Source of the DNA: Lingula anatina
Lineage: Eukaryota; Animalia; Brachiopoda
DNA: 64,000 bases
Direction: 5' to 3'
Assembly: GCA_051362555.1 (NCBI GenBank)
Contig: CM120641.1
Coordinates: 2,480,001-2,544,000 of the forward strand
The translations under genes and the position numbers were made by a program. Each line of letters starts with the position of its first letter. Within the stretch, counting starts at the first letter, position 1. The notes below the pieces were generated by a model. That model did no database searches and was not told the origin of the DNA. It worked only from the letters and a program-made list of their open reading frames with translations. Below, piece by piece: positions 38,537 to 51,669 of this stretch.

Positions 38537-41500
38537 CTAAAATATTTAAAAAATCGTCTGAGTTATAAAATTGAAGATTTACTGGCAGCGAACACCACAG
38601 GTAGGTTTCAGGACATAAAGTCTGCCGGGGTCAGTTTAAAAACAACATTTAGCATTTAAAAACATATAAAATACGTTTAGTATCTAAACGCGTTTAGAAA
38701 TATACGTAAAAGCAAAACACGCGTGGAGCTGCTTAACACATTCTGCAGCATGCTTGGATACTTTGTGTACCTCCTTGCTGTAACTTGTGACTATTTTTAA
38801 TATGCCTATTAAGTAATGACCAAGATAACAAATAACGTTTTCATGAGGTTATCAGATGGTTAGATTTTGGTTATGGCACAGAATAACTCTATGATAACGT
38901 TATATGTAATAACTCCATGATAAAGAATGTCCCAGCTGACGAAAAGGTTATGGTATACAATAACTTGTAGAAAAATACGAAAAACGATTGTACAAAATGT
39001 TACAATAAAGTTATCTTGTTGAGTATTTTAGCGTTTTTAAAACATTCTGGAACAACATTATAATTATAAAAATGTTTGAAAACGTGGATTAGTTCAAATG
39101 ATTATTAAGACATTTATTTATTGTCATCATTAATGATATATTTTTTTGCAACAAGCACATTGTTAAGTACATTATGAAATACCCTGTGTAGGTTCCAAGT
39201 TCCACACAACACTAATCCATATCTGTTTTGATATAAACCTCCCATGGTAATACTTAGTTGCGTTTGAGAATGTTACATGTAAAATATCGCAGACACGTAT
39301 AGAATTGCATCAAAACCTTATGCTTTCAACCCGTATTTCAACACCTATTTTACTTAGGATTTATGCAGATGGTGATTGTGGTTTTATCATTAATTATTCT
39401 TATTCCTGAACCCATAAAAATCTAGACATTTACGTGATATTACCTGTTTTGAATGGATCCTTTGTTGTAGGTTTCTGTGTTGTATTTACAGCTACATTTA
39501 ACTGGCAGCTTGTAGGAATATCGTTGGTATTGGGGTCCATGGGTTTTCTATCCATGCCATATAAATGTAGTTTCATGGAATGAAGATAACCTTATTACAA
39601 AGAAACAAAGGAAAACAATGAAAATTATTATGATGTATACAAATGAAACGCTCAGTGAAAACTCAGTCCAATCAGAATGATGAAACCATTTAGAAAGCCT
39701 CTTTGCAACCCCACAAATGCACTATGCACTATTTGTTTTGATATTTATCTTTATGATATAACATTACGTAATTTTAATTAATTAAACATTATCTAATGCT
39801 ATATGATTAGTAACACAATTCTTTACTAGAGGGGCCTTTCAATGACACTATATTTGTGCTTGTCCTTTACTTATTCATTCGCTTGGGTTAATGAGGAGAC
39901 ATAAAGTACTACGGTGTATGTGCCAAGTCCTATTTTAAGGAATAGATGATAGAGTTTTAAATAACTTGAACATTCCTTTGTTTGAGAGGTGAGTGTTTGA
40001 TTCTTATAAGTAAATCTAACAGCAGAGGGACGAGTATTGTGTATGACATGTTAAGGAAACTAACCTTTAGATTTAATTGTTGGTTTAATCAGTATCTTTA
40101 GTCACTGTCGAAATAAGCTGAGAAATGTAAAATTCTAAATACTATCCCCTTACCTTGTTCTCCACTCTTGCTAGAATCTACTATATATAAATTCCAATGT
40201 TGGAAGTCACCGTTTGTGACTGCTTCTCCCCAAAACTGAACTGATTTGACCTGTAAAACACACTCACTTATTAACTGCCATCGTATGTGCTTTTTTTAGT
40301 TTAAACAGATCCGTTATTTTCAAGGTTTGGTGTATCCAAGCAAAAAGCGTAAATCACTAGTGTAACATGCCCTTATATGGGTATTTTCACATTCATAATC
40401 TTACCAAATATTTTCCAACATTGATAGGTTAACTGCTATGTAAATCCTAACATTTGACATACGGTACAAATTGTTACATTATCCAATGTTGGTCTATTTA
40501 AAATCTGTGCAAGGTCAATTAACTTATTTAGATCATTGGAGTTACTTTATATTTCTTGGAAGATAGTATTACAAAAGAATGATGAAAAGGTATGCATTAG
40601 TTATAGTCTATCCTAATGCATGAGGTACTGTATATCAAATTGGTTTTTAAAATGTAAAAATACCGTGATACTCAGGTCTTGAAAAAAGATGTCGTTGACA
40701 CGCCCTGGTAGCAGCAATCTTAAAGTGTTGGATGGCGATACAAGATGCATTTGTATACGGCCTCTTTTTGGAAACGTCAAGTTAAATTCTACGAGGACAT
40801 CTTCAAGGAACTGTATGTTACACTCCGACGGCACTTTGAATTGGACAAGTCTTTCGGGTATACCTATCGGCCTACAAAAAACCAGCATCGATTTTACAAT
40901 TTATTTTATTTCCTTAAGTTTCTACAGATATCTCGTTTCGACAGTCTCGTTTTGTCACCTTCGGGTTGTTTTTTAACTAACCTGAACGTTAAAAAATTTT
41001 CTATAAAAATTTTCTAAAAATTTTTTTTTATATTATTGCACTACGTGTACGGTATAAATTAATTTTGTCTTATTATGACACTACTTACCACCATTTTATA
41101 TTGGGTTCCACTACACAATGTTTCATTTCTTTCCAGCCTCCAACAGACCACCAGTTATCAGGGTGTGCCATGTTAATTAAGCGATCAATGTCTAGTTCAC
41201 CAAACCCAAATGTTGGTGACACTGTAAATATCAAATTGAAATTCGTTTTGCAATGTGTAAGGATGTCTGACACGTTTTACAAGTCTTACTGTTGCAGGTC
41301 CTCAAGTTGTCTTCTTGTGATATTCGTCCTCACAGAAGAAAAATAATTCTGGTTCATAATGCACTAAAATATTTGATGACTGTGACTTAATTCAAAATAA
41401 TTGTAATTTGAATATCTCCACTTTTAGACCAAATACTTGCCTGCAAATATTCGTCATCCCATTTGCTTGAATTACAATTTATGAACTGAAAATTTTGAAA

Positions 41501-42114
41501 TTTTTTTCTTACGGCAATTTTTCAAAACTTTCTCAAATAAGTTCGGTTCAAAATATTTGTAAGCAAATGTTACCTTTTGTGACCCTATATTTGTAAAATG
41601 TAATAAGTGTTCTTTTAACCTTTGTAGCCAGCAGCATTTTCTTCAAAGTTGTTCGGCAGGAGCCCATCTTTACTTCCACTCCGTGCAAGAAGATGCTTTA
41701 TATCTCTCCATGTTAGATTTGGACTACAATATCAATAGTTATTAACGCAATTAGGTTAATTAATCCAAAATCCTTTCATAAAAGATGCATTGTAATGATA
41801 AATACCGCAGCAATGGTGGTAATATGCCTAGTGAGTAAACCTATAACACAACTTAATAAATGTTTTCTTTTCTAATGCTATCATTATGTTATCGTTCTAT
41901 TAGCTTGTATTAAGGCCATAATGACTCGACCAACTTGACCCGACCAACTTGAAAATAATTATGAATTTGTTTTTGTTACGCACATCGTGTATATATTAAG
42001 TGTATTGTGGGGTTTGTAAAAATTCTTTGTACTTTCTACTCAAGTTTGAAATAAATTATCTATCTAGTTTGTTTACAAAAGCGGTGTGCGTGCGTGCAAA
42101 CTTAAGCTCCCCTA

Positions 42115-42152
<38 letters not shown>

Positions 42153-45100
42153 TCACAAGTAAAATAAACACACTTCTCTTCCATGACTAAAGCTATCGCT
42201 CCAGACGCCATTGGCACTGCGGCTGAGCACCTGGAGAAAGACTTTGTGCACTTGTCTGTACCAAATGTAGTCACCTGAAATTTTAAAGAAAAATGAACAT
42301 CAAAGCTAACACCAACACATAGCATGAAGAATGTACAAGCTCGCAATCATTTACAAAAGACACGATACCATATATCAAGAGAGAGTGAAAGATCACTGAC
42401 AAAGACAGAGAAGCTATACATCTGCCGGTATATACGTACAATTTCCGTTCCCCCTGTATTTTGGGATGGTGCTGCAGCAAAGGTTGCAGAGCAATTTTCA
42501 CCAGACTTCAGCATACGTTTGTTTCTGTCCACAGCTGTAATGCCAAGGGTAAACACTGAGTTGGAATAGCCATCGTAAGCGCAGCTGTCACCGGTAGGCC
42601 CTCCGTTGCCAGTTCCCCACAGATACACCGAACCTTTTCCATCACGTCCCTGAAACGTGTCATTAGTGTCATAAATATATATTCTTAAGAATAAAGTGCA
42701 AAATTGCTGAAATGTTAAGCCTTCCTAAAATAGCATTAAATGGCTACAATGTTAGTTGCACAGTCTTGTAATTACAAAATGCATTATGCTTGGAATGGTT
42801 TGTATATTTGAAGATGAGAATATTGTTTGGAAAGCATCAGCTGTGCATTTGCAGTTTCTATAGACCTGCATACTTTATAGACCTAGAAAATCCTTAACGT
42901 AAACTAAACCCCAGTTTCATCAACGCTGGATAAAGCTATCCTATGGATGTTCATTGGATAAAATCGCTATCCTCTGGGCAGTTACCCTGAGGTTAGTAGC
43001 CGCTTTAACCGAAGGATAGCAATATCAAAGACCAAAAAAACTTTCATAATTTCCATACACATCATCATTTCCTTGAGGTATTATTTAAATAATTCATATG
43101 GTGACAACATCGCGTAAGTTCAAAATCTCGATCTATTACCAGTTTCGTTCCCTCCTCCAAAATATCTAGTACAGGTTTTTTTGGTCCACCAACTGAAATC
43201 CCAGAGTTGCTTATTGTCCAACTGTTACTATAAATGTGGATGTCCTTTGGCTTGTAGGATAAGGCCTCCATTAAATGCGTAGTTTTAAGTGTACTTTTTT
43301 GACCGAATACACGCAAATCTGAAATAAGTATTAGAGAAATTAATTCAATCATCAGTCATTTGAGTGCATTATAATAACTTTTACATCAAGAAATATATAC
43401 AGAACAATGATTTATGCATAAAATTGATGAAGGAAAAGCACAGGTTTGGCTACAGCGCACAGCAGCACGATTCAATCGGAAATTACATATTTGTTGAATC
43501 AATATTGTAAATAGAAAGTCCAGAGCCGTGTATTTTACAAAAAAAGTGCCACGTTTTATTTTAAACAATGGAATTAATTTAGGGTTCAATTTTCATGGAA
43601 AGTTACATATGATTCCATTAAAGTTACCAGTGACTGACAGGAAAAGTGACACATTTAACACAGCCTACCAGCAATGGAAGCCTGAGGTGCCACTCCAATT
43701 CCGCAAAGATTGTTCGATTTTGCCGATGCAACTCCTGCCACCTGGGTGCCATGACTGAAATGTAAACTAAAGACTTAATTTTTATTGCGATGATATTACA
43801 CTGTGTACCATGTCAGTAGTTAAGTTAATTGCATGGTTCTGTCAGTACATATAATTATTGACAGTAATTCTCTCTCTCTCGCTCGCTCGCTCTCTCTCTC
43901 TCTCTCATTTTAATACCTTCTGATATCACAGGGGCCCCTAGTATATAGCCATTATAGCCTGTTGCAAAATTGAAGAAAACAATTTTGTAACAGCATACTA
44001 ATGGCGATCCCTGGGGTCATTTAACCACTAACTTGAAAGCTTCACCTGAACATACATGTAGATATTTTTTAATTTCTTGGTATACATATCTTACGTGGTA
44101 CATCAACATATAGACACGATTATTTGTAAGACTCGACAAAGACTTTACTTCCTACGGCGCTTGAGATCATTCTATGTCAACCGAAAATCGCTTGTAAAGT
44201 TTAACTGGGCGATGATTGAGATGTATTGACACTCTCTTTCACCGTTTTATAAGGTAGTGCTACAGCAGGAGACAATAATCACTAGTTTGTTCATGCCTAC
44301 CGGTATGTCATCAATGTCATGACAGTCAGACTACGGTAATATTCAAAGCAAACTTTACACGTAGCAAAACCATTTTTCTAACAGCAACATGAATTTCTAT
44401 GAGCACAATGGATTTTATAATATTATATTTTTTAACAACAGCTCACATTAATTTTCATGTTATTATCTCATCTTATCTTAGTACACACAGCGCTCATTAC
44501 CAACTCCTACAAAATATACCAATCGCCAAAAAAAACAAAAAAACAACAACTATAATTCCCCTGTCACACATTTGCACATAATTACACTGAAATATCTAAA
44601 ACGCTCCAAGTCATGTGTACGTGCGTGCTCAATAGAAACGTTTTTAAACCTACCTTCTTGACTGAACTGGAACATTACCCCAGAAGTTTTTGCTCAGCGC
44701 TCTGTCCTTTAGAAAGATTAATAATAAAAGCTTATAAATAAATAGATGTTCAGTTTTTATTTAAAAAAAAAAAACTTGTGACATACGCTTATGAGGAGAG
44801 AGAGAAAGAGGGAGAGAATAGCTGCCAATATTTACTTGCACTGGCAGGTCCATGCTATCAAGAAGGGCGGGAGCATGTTTCTGCTGGCCATGGTTTACAT
44901 CTTTCCTTGACGGGGATGGTAGACTGAATCTAGCATTTTCTGTTAGAAAAGGGAGTCCGACGTTTTTTGCTGGAGAGAGAGAGGGAGAGAGAGCAGAATA
45001 ACTTACAACCGATAAATCAGGATGGTCCAGTACACCATTATCCAAAAGCCCAATTGTCACCCCTCGTCCAGTGTAACAGTGTTCCCATCCACTCTTTGCA

Positions 45101-48100
45101 TTGAAAGGCTGTTCACTCTAAAAAACAAGTAACTAAATTCTTTTCATTTCTGAAAATTCAAACAATAAGCGTTTTGCAAATCAAGGCAATTCCAAGGTAC
45201 GTGTAACCGCAAACAACCATTGCTAATCTTTAATTTGCCGTGCATGTTAGCTAAAGTCTCTCTCTATCTAAACCAACTTCTGCATACTTTGAACTTGGTA
45301 GTTTAAACTTAGTTTACAATATGCATGTACATTTGCCTACAATTCTAATTGCAAGGCAACGACCAACGCCTCCAGTTTCTTTTCAAGAACTTTAATGGAA
45401 AATATTTTCATTGTTTCATCTGTGTCCTAAATACTCAAAGAGTCACCGAAGCTCCATTTTTGCTCGAACATATGAAACAAAATAGTTAATATAAGAAATT
45501 GAAATTGATCAAAATGACGCAGTAAGATTACCATTGTATTTTAACAGTTTTGAACCATTTGGCGAAAATACTTACCAAATACCACTTTTGTGTTCGCCAC
45601 ATTGGATCCTTTATGGTTTCCCAAGTGTTAACATCTGCAGACAACAGGGTGTACATCTCTTCTGTCTCGTAATCTACCCATTTCACCTAAATGTACAAAT
45701 TAATAGCAACAGCAACAGTTGCCTTTTTAATATTTGCAATTAGTTCCTTTTAATAGTGAATATATCTCTATGTTGCAACTGAGATAAACTGTTGTCCACG
45801 AAGCCACTTTGAAAAAGAAAATAAATTATTTGGTATTTTTAAAAATAACATGCTATATAGTTTGAACTACATCCAAAAACATTTTACCTTTGTATCAGAA
45901 GCTAGTAAGGTGAGGGAGTCGCTGTCTTGGTTTTTGTCCAGAAATGAATAGTAATTACCGTACACCTGAATAAAAGGTTAATACACACAAATGTAACTGT
46001 CTAACCCGCCTGTTTTAAACTTTTAACAACACAGACACAATACAAGAGAATAACTTCTCCTGTTTAAAACAAATAGAAATAACATCTTTTAAAAACATGA
46101 TTAAAGCAAATATGACAATACCAGTAATATATCACGTATAACGCATTTATGTCTCAGGCCAGATTGAAATCCAGTCAGATTAAATTGGATTTTTGATTAG
46201 ATTTAGGCCAATTTTAAATCGGCTTAGACCCAAACAAAATGTCAATACTGCCTAGGCGAAATTAAAATCTGACTGGACAAGATTTAAATCTATCTAGGAA
46301 AGTTTGAAATTTAAGTATTAAAACAGATATAATTAGTGAAAATCACCATGAAAAAAAAATAAATAAATAATACATTATATGCTGATTATAATAAGCCAAG
46401 TGTATTTTTACTATTTCGTAAAAACATTTATTTAATGTTTCTTTTGTATTATTGAAATTTTAATCTTACTTAGTCAGACTTTAATCTTGCTTGGACAGGC
46501 CAAATTAAAACTTCAGTTCTGTCTAGTTCATATTAACTATATTTACATATTGACGGATTTCAATCTGGCTTGCGACATGGCCTGTAACACACACACACAC
46601 ACGCGATAAAACAAAACCCAAATTATTTATTCACATTGACAAGACCATTTGATCAAAATATATACTCCCCTAGCAAAATGTGTCACCCCTACCGCAATCA
46701 TGTACATTGCCACAAGGATACCCATTGTTTAAATTTTACTATAACACAACAACTAGACAAACAATCATCGTGCAATCTGGGGATGTTAGTAGTAGGTCAT
46801 TGGCTTACCTAGCGCTAAGCGTTATATAGTTAAAATACTTTAATACCAATTATTTTTAATATGCGGCTCCTAAGTGAAAGGGATACTTTTTTTTACATAG
46901 AGGGAGTTTTGACCGCCGAATGGTTTACTGAAAAGGACACCAGCCAATAACTGGGCAATGATACTTAGCGTCTTCAGAATGTATGGACGCGTAAGGGTTT
47001 GGGGAACAGATGGTAAGGAGTAACTATTGCGTAAGCGAGCTGGCAGTGGTCAACGGGAACCTTAACACAGAACGTTGCATACTAGAAGAGAATTCTGTCG
47101 AGAATATCTTTTGGGACCATGATCAACCATTTATGCTTAAGCATGATAATGCTACCCCACGTACAACTAATGCAACAGCACTCTGGTTATATGAGAACCA
47201 GATTCAGACCCCAGTGGCCGGTCCTGATTAGAGTTCATTAAAAAACATAGAGAATTAAAGCTTGGGATGTCTTCAGAATAATGGATAACTGAGGGATAAC
47301 TCTGAAAACAAAAATGAAGTAACACCTTCTTTGCACCGTATATGGAACGCCATCAATTGCACAAAGGTTATAGAACTTCTTGGCTCCACGCACAGATGCG
47401 ACTGGTGCGTCCTCCAATCCAGAAGATACTCAAAAAGTTCTAAAATATGACCTTTTTAAAAACTATGGTAATTTATTCCTTGGTTGTACAATCTGTAAGT
47501 TTTTGTAATAAAATGTTTAAAAGTTGAATAAGGAACATTGGTTCATGACATGATTTTCTGTTTCATCTCACGCATTGCTTTAGGGGAGTATAGATAACAG
47601 TTCCTTATTTTAAAAAGGAAACTCGGTTCTGCAGCATTATTTAAAGCATAAACGTTACCAGAGCGATGAACACTTTACAAAACGCAATTTACTTTTGGAC
47701 AGAAAAGATTTGACAAACCTTATTCATCATGTCCAGTCCGTATCTTTTTGCAAAATCCTGAACCTCGGAAGCACTTATGTCACTTTTAAATTGAACGATC
47801 AGTGTCCTCTCGTCCTCAAATGACCTTGAATATTAAATCAAACCGATATCTAGTAAGCGTAAGTTGAATATTGCCGTTTTGCGCACCAAGCTTAGTACTC
47901 CATGTTCATATCCAAAAAGAAAGTGATAAAACATGATGATGGACTGTCAATATTAGTACCGGTGTAACGAAACTGGGGGTCCGTGTTACAGAAAGTCCGC
48001 CCTTTATTTACTTATAATGGTTAGGGTTAGCCTGACCTAAGAGGGTCAAAATCTAGGGCGAGGCTTACCTGCTCAAACAAATAGGAAACGGACAATATGG

Positions 48101-48417
48101 GGGACTCTCTGTCACGTTACACCGGTGTTCAACTTCAGCTGTCACTGTAACAAGCCAAACTGTCCCAGCCTAAAGCATTTCGATAAAACTTTTAAAATGC
48201 CCACATGTGGTAAATAGCACTATCATAAAATCTTCGTATTTACAAACATAAGGTACATTACAATGTCTTCATGATTGTTTATCATTCGGCTAGAATGAAC
48301 GAACACAGATAAGTATACTTTCCAATTATCAAAATAATTTAGTACTCACCTCGCGATACCTTGAAGCGTTACAAAAACTAATATCAAAATGTGTGCCTTC
48401 ATCCTTCTTCTTTGCAT
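38301..48417 (-). CDS. Divergent proprotein convertase-like subtilase (S8B): signal peptide, pro-domain, catalytic domain, P domain, Thr-rich linker, C-terminal PAN/apple domain; 16 exons, 675 aa
   Basis: Minus-strand exons 48417-48350, 47824-47719, 45965-45888, 45686-45576, 45117-45007, 44706-44654, 43754-43669, 43318-43140, 42649-42440, 42274-42174, 41723-41620, 41221-41089, 40871-40664, 40250-40154, 39590-39444, 38536-38301; all GT-AG, phase-consistent, 2028 nt, no internal stop. Motifs YTGRGVTIGLLDNG, HGTQVAG, IHIYSNSW, GRDGKGSVYLWGTGNGG, DGYSNS, NPNLTWRD, FGFGELD, LVSPS, FWGE. Confidence 0.9.
46149..46578. mobile_element. MITE-like inverted-repeat element in a convertase intron
   Basis: ATGTCTCAGGCCAGATTGAAATCC (46149-46172) inverted as GGATTTCAATCTGGCTTGCGACAT (46555-46578); short degenerate internal repeats. 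Confidence 0.65.
46665..47588 (+). mobile_element. Tc1/mariner deletion derivative (copy B) with a DDE transposase remnant
   Basis: Same TIR and TA flanks as copy A; remnant GNLN...FMLKHDNATP...WL...GPD resembles the Tc1 FQQDNAP...WP.SPDL region. Confidence 0.82.
47958..48126. mobile_element. Small MITE-like element with an internal GGTTAGGGTTAG
   Basis: Perfect 12-bp TIR ACCGGTGTAACG / CGTTACACCGGT. Confidence 0.65.
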
Positions 48418-48449
48418 CTGAACGCTGTTAATACTGAACGCTGGCGACG

Positions 48450-48499
48450 TTTTTTATATCCGACTACTACCTGGTTGTGGTTACACAGTTAGCCAATGG
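48450..48499 (-). promoter_or_regulatory. Candidate TATA box and CCAAT box for the convertase-like gene
   Basis: Minus-strand TATAAAA about 35-40 bp upstream of ATG 48417; CCAAT at 48493-48497. Confidence 0.45.
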
Positions 48500-50829
48500 A
48501 AACTCGCGAATCGGCGAACATGATAAGAGGGCGCAGGGTCAATACTCAAGGCAGGTGTCAATTTTGAGAATGCACTGCAGTCTAAGATCATAGTAAAAGA
48601 CATGAATATGTATCCAACACTATTCATTAATATTTGACCGCATCAAATGTGTGATGAGATTCAAATTTTAAATTTCTAAGGATAGAAGATGTAACAGCAT
48701 TGGGTTTTGAATAATAAAACAAATCTTCAGAAAAGAGAACGTATGCTACCCTTTTTACCTCTTTAAACTTCTAGGTAGGCCTACTGACAGATCCTAAACC
48801 CATACCTCAAATCATGTTTACAAACACACCGTTCGTTTTCTTCTTGTTCTTATTCATTAATCTAGATAGATATCTGAAATGATTTATTTCTGAATTAAAC
48901 ACCATGCACTGTTATCAAACCAACCTTACTTTGATGGTATGCGATGTTGTCCTCTTTTCACAGCCATCTGTTCCTCCTTGTGACTAGCTGATCGTGACAC
49001 AGAAATGAATCTATATTAATTTTCTTTACCCGGTCTTCAATTATTTCGAACAAGTTTAGGCATATGAGTGAATGTCCACAATCGTCCAACAGTAAAATCC
49101 ATTATGATCTTGATAAGTTGGAACTCAATTTTTAGTTACTGTCAAACGTTGGTATCTTAACCTAAGATCTTTCACAAAGAACTGACCCCGATGAGTTTAT
49201 CAGTAGAGTCATATAGCAATTTTAGGAATTGAATTATCTAGTATTGAAAGTGCCATGTGTCGTTTTCAGAAATTCAGAGCTCTGAAACTTAATTTAAATG
49301 CTAAATGTCAGTGTCCTGTGCTAAATAATAAGGACAAAAATGCACAATCGATGACTGTAAGAGCAGATAAATTTCATTTTATTCCATTCCTAGCCTTTCA
49401 CGTTGAAAAAAAAACAACCATATACTTGACCAAAAATTGCTACAAACCATATAGTTTGCAGAATACTTTTCTTTTAAAAAGTCACAGAGTTGCTTGGTGC
49501 TTGTAGGCCTACTAGGTACATGGACATCAATGCGTCAGCCATATTGTTGCCATGGCAACCAACGGGCCAAAAGGGACTGCCACACTTGCAAATTACTGGC
49601 GGTGCTGGCACATAGGCATTCATACTGTATGTCTACCCAGCTGCTATGATGATCATATGTAGGTATTCGATGTTTTAGTGTCTGGCGTATCTGGGTAGGT
49701 GCATTTCTAAACGTTTTATATGAAAATCCCAGTTTACATTTGCCCTGCAGCATTGTGCGAAATCGTACAGATACACGGTCTCCATAGCCTCTGTAATTTT
49801 TTCAAGTAAAACTTTTGACAATTTCTTCACAAGCCCATAGGCCGAAGCGTCATGTAGAAGACATTGTACAGCTACCGTACGGTCATTGTTCAGTCATTGT
49901 TCAGTGAACTTGCAGTGAGCGTGATTATAGTCAAACCTGTTTGTGGTTTCTTTCCATTCCTTTTTTTGGTGGTTTAGGAGACATAACGATAGTGAAGATG
50001 CTTAAAGCCTTAGAGTTATTCACTTGCATAAATTTGGAAATCGTAATTTTCCTTAATCTGACCAAATGGATGAAAAGAAATTATCGATCTTCAAGGAAGC
50101 CGCACGCACGGAAGACGTACGGCAACTGCACTGATTGGTACAATCACTTTTCAACAGAAAAGGCCAATTTTCCCCCGTGACCTCCAGATCATGCCAGAGT
50201 AATGTACTGTAAACGCACTCGTAGCTACTTAACCTGTCAAAAAAAATCGTATGGAATATCGCGGTGCCCGTGTCTAGGTTCAAACTTACTCCCTTTTTTA
50301 AAAAAATCCAACCCTCGTCATAGCAAAAAAAAAAAATGTAAAAAAAATTATACAACTACAGAAATTATAATCCCAGTCTCTGATTGGAACATATTTATCT
50401 ACGGAAATGAAAATAATTTCGTCAAGGATATAGCAGAAATACCCACCCTGTTTACGTCTTTTTCTTTTCTTTTTATCGTATTGTACATTGATCATTCATT
50501 ATAAACGAAAACTCTCAATTTGCTGACTGATTTTTACAACTGTACTTAAATAATTTTTGTACTTCTCTCATTTTTTTTCTGAAAAAAAGGAATATCGGGT
50601 ATATCTTATTGGCTAATAACAACCGATCAAATATTTAGCCATTTAGGTTGGATTAATACACAGACACGATAGATAAAATTACTAATTGATAAAAAGGAAT
50701 TCTTGCAGATGTTAAAAATAAAGATAAAGCTCTGTGGTACTATTGAAACGAGTTCAATAACTAGATGTTTGCCTGTCAGCTTTTAACATTAGACTTATTA
50801 TAAAATAACACATCTTTTCATGTAGTTTT

Positions 50830-51055
50830 GATATTTGAGCTGAGGGACAGAATCATCTTTCCGTTTAAATGATATGACCATTTGGTTTGGATTGTTTTTC
50901 GTGTTTTGTGCATATTATGAGCTCCAGGAACATGTCAAGTCGGCGATCGAATTGTCCAATGATCTCAGTGACTGTTTGTATCGTCCATATACTTGTGTGT
51001 GACATGACACTTACTGGGTGGTACTTGTGGACCGATCATCATAAGGACAAATCAG
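50830..51055 (-). mobile_element. Degraded LINE reverse-transcriptase fragment
   Basis: Frameshifted translation HKYMDDT/TVTEII ... MVISFKR matches the YxDD region of CR1/L2-type RT. Confidence 0.55.
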
Positions 51056-51669
51056 TAATCATTAAGAGGATTAAACATGAAGTTCATTTACTAAACTGCA
51101 TATACAGTATTCATGCGAACTGATATAATTGTAAAAAACATGGATAAGATAAGATCCTCAAATGCATACCCTCTTTCCTCATTTTATATTGAACTCAAAA
51201 CACAATGCTCTAATGAAACGTTTATTTTCTTACAATTTTTTTAACAGAAAACTTTTATTGGATTATTTAGTCTTTGTTTCTTTCTTTATTGGCTATAGAA
51301 ATGGACAAAGGCCTTGGCATTCAGTACCAACGTTCTGGATATACAGAATTTGATTTAAGATACATCTATGCATCATTGCAAAAGCAATCAAGTAATCATT
51401 CACGAAATTCAAATTGCGGGATAGAATGGGTTCAAGAGTTCATTGAATCCGAGAAAAAGGCACCAATTCACCCCGGAGAAAGCAGATAATGAATAAACTA
51501 CATGGATACAATACTGTGTGTGTACTATAAACGCTCGAATATTTATCTTCAATTCCAACAAACACTGTTCTCAAGATTGAAACCATAGTTTGTAATCAAC
51601 TTACGTTCTACGCAGAATTACACAACAGCATCAGTAGACGACGAGAAATAATGTATCGTTATCTGGCGA

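Noticed and set aside
39330-39406. Alternative terminal exon after 39444
   Set aside because: Would require a 37-nt intron, implausibly short
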